Positions 34,501 to 36,757 of a DNA stretch of 36,757 nucleotides are shown here, one piece after another. Origin of the DNA: Methanobacteriota archaeon (GTDB lineage: Archaea > Thermoplasmatota > Poseidoniia > Poseidoniales > Poseidoniaceae); assembly GCA_018650165.1 (NCBI GenBank), contig JABIGM010000001.1:1-36757 (forward strand). Reading direction: 5' to 3'. The notes below the pieces were generated by a model. That model ran no database searches, was not told where the DNA came from, and saw only the letters and a program-made list of their open reading frames with translations. Each line of letters starts with the position of its first letter. Position 1 is the first letter of the stretch. The position numbers were made by a program, and so were the translations under genes.

Positions 34501-36757
34501 ACAACCAGCAACTTCTCTCAAGGAACGAAGTCGCCCTCTGCCATCTAAAGGCGGGGTAGCAGTTACGACTACAATTGTTCAATCTACAGAAACCTATGTG
34601 GACCCCGATTTGGCAAAGAAAAATTTGGTTGGAGATTTGATTTCAGCACAGACCGGATATCCTTCGAAATTTTGCCAAGGGAATGTGGATATGCGCGCAG
34701 TATTGGGTATGAGCGATGCTCAAATCCAAACGGTGATTTCATCTGTTCATACCCGATGTAGTACAGACCCTGAGTGGGACATTACCATTGCAAAAACTCC
34801 TGGTGACATCACTAGATGGATTACGGATGCTTTGATACAAGAGAGTCGTACACAGATAACAACGCAAGATAATCGTGGTGAAGACCCATTTGTGATAACT
34901 GGAATTTCCCTTGGCCTACCCGGCGGCGAAAGAGTCTTTGATACGGGTAATTTTGAGAAGTTAGTTCGAGGAGAAACCTGTATCAGCGAAGTTACTGATG
35001 ACTACAAACAACGTTTGCTTGACAAAAATATTGTTCGTCTAATCAAAGGCCGTGACGGCAGTGTTGGAATGGAATCTGCAAAAGAATTCGGAGATATTCC
35101 CCAACTTGCCGGAATAAAAGGTGCGTTTGATCCAACTGATGAATTTGGAATTGATGCTAAGATTGCTGCCGCTTGGGACATAAGTACACAACTTGCTTGT
35201 GCAGCGGGGCTAATCGCTCTGAAAGATGCAGGAATTCCATTGATGCCAGTTGAACAAGTTGGTAAGGGCGGATTACGTCTAATTCGCTCTTGGCAAATGC
35301 CATCGAGTTACCGAGATAGGACTGGAATTGTATTCGCATCTTGTTTCGCAGGCCATCAAATGGCTGCAAAGCATGCTAAGGTCGATGGTGATGACGGTGA
35401 GGGACGATTTGATCGTCGCTATCTATTCCAAATATTGAACATGGGCCATTCACAATTCGCTCAACATGTTGGTATCCGTGGCCCCAACACTACAATCAAT
35501 CTAGCATGCGCTTCAGCTACTGCTGCATTTGGCGTAGCGGAAGATTGGCTTGCAACCGATAGATGTGACCGCGTGGTAATAATTTCTGCAGATGATGTAA
35601 CTGGAGACGATTTATGGGAATGGATTGGCTCTGGTTTTGCTGCAAGCGGTGCAGCAGCAACCAACAATGTAATCGAAGAAACCGCATTACCATTCGACCG
35701 TAGAAGAAATGGTTTGATTTTAGGAATGGGCGCAGCCGCATTCGTTATTGAAAAGAAATCACAATCCGATGCGAGAGGAGTCCAGCCTATTGCAGAATTA
35801 CTTGGGACAAAGGTTGCAAACTCTGCATTCCATGGAACGCGTCTAGATGTTGAGCATGTAGCCACAACCGTCAATCAATTCATCGAAGAGATGGAAGTTA
35901 AGTGGAATCTTGACCGCCATGTAATGGCGCCAGACACCGTGTTTTTCTCTCATGAAACATTTACTCCTGCACGAGGAGGCTCCGCTCAAGCCGAGGTCAA
36001 AGCTCTTCGAGATACCTTCGGCCAAAGTACAGATTCCATTGTAATTGCAAATACCAAAGGTTTCACTGGACATCCAATGGGAGTAGGTATCGAAGATGCA
36101 TCTATGTTCTATGGGTTAATGACGGGACGGATTCCACCAATTGCGAACCACAAAGAGGTTGACCCTGAACTTGGTAATCTAAATTTATCAAAGGGTCAAG
36201 CATATCCTAATTTAAGGTACGGAATGCGATTTGCTGCCGGATTTGGTAGCCAAATCGGACTATCGCTTGTACGTAAATGTGATTACTCCGGTGACAGAAT
36301 TGACAAACAAAAATTACTAACTTGGAATCAGTCCTTAGCAGGAACGTCAAATCTAGAGTTACGTGTTTTACAAAACAAGTTGGTCGCATATGTTGACGGA
36401 GAAAATAATCTTCACGGAGGCATCCAAGGTGAAGAATACGCCAATGCTTCCGAGTATTCTGCAGTACCAGCCCCAATTGTTGTTGAAACGAAACCTGAAC
36501 CAACGCCAGTTCCTAAAATAGTTACAGCACCTATCGAAGTTCCAACACCACAACCGGTTGCAACACCTGTTGCTGTTACAGTTACAGCAGATAGTAGTGA
36601 TGTCAAGCCTAAGTTGATCGGCGTTGTAGTCAAACATACAGGCTATCCTGAAGATTTCATTGAGATGGACCAAGACCTAGAAGGTGAACTGGGAATTGAT
36701 ACAGTAAAACAAGCCGAAATTATGGGAGATGTAAGAGAGATTTTCTCTTTACCAGTC
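31550..36757 (+). CDS. Type I iterative PKS/FAS (Pfa-like) megasynthase, 3' end outside window: KS-AT-ACP-like-KS-linker-ACP...
   Basis: Manual translation, frame checked at intervals; at least 1736 codons, absent from the ORF track because no stop lies in the window. KS1: EPIAVIG, DAACASS (Cys 32222), EAHGTST (His 32624), KSQIGHL (His 32741). AT: YPGQGSQ, GHSLGE (Ser 33719), HAFHS. KS2: NLACAS (Cys 35507), SHETF (His 35951), TKGFTGHP (His 36071). ACP: TGYP...DLEGELGIDTVKQAEI. Alternative GTG start at 31541. Confidence 0.93.
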   Translation, partial: MTITTADGKACDGLEQAPFEPIAVIGMAALMPDAASTEQFWQNIIDAHVSIKEVPVNRWDPEIYWEDGSPGNVSEGKTYSKIGGFIENYEFDWRRWRQPPGTLPQIDPCQLWAVTVSADAITNAGYGDDGKILDRSRTGVIFANALGGENRSESNIRIYSAEMRKIALDNGATIEQADAMVAKMCEGKPRIDEDTMPGELANVVSGRVANLLDLQGPNYSTDAACASSMAALLDACRLLQTRQVDTMLAGATDRCMEAPTYAKFSAIGALSPSHSTPFDARANGFVMGEGAGVLLLKRLSDAIRDGDDVKAVVRGVGGSSDGRGKGITAPSQRGQVQAVSRAYSQAGYSPSSVELVEAHGTSTKVGDATELSTLSLLWTGLDGGDHIAVGSVKSQIGHLKAAAGIAGIMKACNAVYHRTIPPSAGFETPNPTVEWNQIPFFVPTEARDWPEPETNPRRAGVSAFGFGGTNFHVAIEGFDPQYHAKLVSHWDGRWEAYAGIESSSSAEASLTHEELKDVEGGLLLLSGDTIESVKSKLSTISFSSTTFDEDPNGIRLSFTLSENWSFETSDSVRMAISATSWAEFNKRKELATNSIEDKAKWGFLASQGIQISDEPALPSNAKVAHMYPGQGSQYVGMTMDLHRRYSGVVDVWNKADVTMVDVLDGESLSSFVLRSNLTKEESVEAEHKLKQTEYTQPAMLTADLAIEAAFNAHGHKPDMVAGHSLGEYAALMSAGILNMDGALRAAAARGTEMGSVQIDDKGLMASVTAPYEHIAQILEEIDGYVIAANKNSPRMTVIAGETGPVKAAMSRFETEGFQCVALATSHAFHSRIVAPANVPLRKFLESLEIGWPKIPLTSNVDGGWYPMDDGSDSKVAILSKLAPQMASSVEWTTQINTMYDAGARMFVEVGPKRALTVFASQILEGRPALPVMSNHPKAGGIATFLSALGTMALAGRVPQWPDRNSPRLTDAFRAGPIESRDRISQPATSLKERSRPLPSKGGVAVTTTIVQSTETYVDPDLAKKNLVGDLISAQTGYPSKFCQGNVDMRAVLGMSDAQIQTVISSVHTRCSTDPEWDITIAKTPGDITRWITDALIQESRTQITTQDNRGEDPFVITGISLGLPGGERVFDTGNFEKLVRGETCISEVTDDYKQRLLDKNIVRLIKGRDGSVGMESAKEFGDIPQLAGIKGAFDPTDEFGIDAKIAAAWDISTQLACAAGLIALKDAGIPLMPVEQVGKGGLRLIRSWQMPSSYRDRTGIVFASCFAGHQMAAKHAKVDGDDGEGRFDRRYLFQILNMGHSQFAQHVGIRGPNTTINLACASATAAFGVAEDWLATDRCDRVVIISADDVTGDDLWEWIGSGFAASGAAATNNVIEETALPFDRRRNGLILGMGAAAFVIEKKSQSDARGVQPIAELLGTKVANSAFHGTRLDVEHVATTVNQFIEEMEVKWNLDRHVMAPDTVFFSHETFTPARGGSAQAEVKALRDTFGQSTDSIVIANTKGFTGHPMGVGIEDASMFYGLMTGRIPPIANHKEVDPELGNLNLSKGQAYPNLRYGMRFAAGFGSQIGLSLVRKCDYSGDRIDKQKLLTWNQSLAGTSNLELRVLQNKLVAYVDGENNLHGGIQGEEYANASEYSAVPAPIVVETKPEPTPVPKIVTAPIEVPTPQPVATPVAVTVTADSSDVKPKLIGVVVKHTGYPEDFIEMDQDLEGELGIDTVKQAEIMGDVREIFSLPV

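Noticed and set aside
36460-36600. Repetitive Pro/Thr/Val/Ala stretch in the PKS
   Set aside because: Ordinary flexible linker before an ACP; no exact DNA repeat unit.
1-36757. CRISPR arrays, tRNA/rRNA genes, transposases, integrases, prophage genes
   Set aside because: No regularly spaced repeats, cloverleaf or rRNA motifs, or mobile-element proteins seen by eye. tRNAscan-SE and a CRISPR finder would confirm.

Overview
This is a gene-dense archaeal window. Gene content (Cdc6/Orc1, a DUF3860-type protein, an archaeal GTP-dependent dephospho-CoA kinase domain, a SelB-like protein, a giant surface protein) points to Marine Group II Euryarchaeota (Ca. Poseidoniales, Thermoplasmatota); that assignment is inference. 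About 27 CDS are supported, including two partial genes missing from the ORF track because they run off the window: glpX (<1..715, minus) and a >1700-aa type I PKS/FAS (31550..>36757, plus). The strongest candidate for an undescribed system is the fabI-PKS/FAS operon. A bacterial-type enoyl-ACP reductase is followed by a megasynthase built as KS-AT(malonyl)-degenerate ACP-second KS with an intact Cys-His-His triad-linker-ACP, and that last ACP has Thr (GIDT) where the phosphopantetheine Ser normally sits. A Shine-Dalgarno-occluding hairpin and a possible uORF precede the operon. Other notable items are a degenerate TATA-binding-protein-fold gene, a ~300-nt GC-rich structured non-coding element upstream of a fused PPAT/dephospho-CoA kinase gene, a candidate origin beside cdc6, and recurring C-run/G-run palindromes at gene junctions. 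I saw no tRNA, rRNA, CRISPR array or transposase. All calls come from reading motifs by eye; no database search was run.
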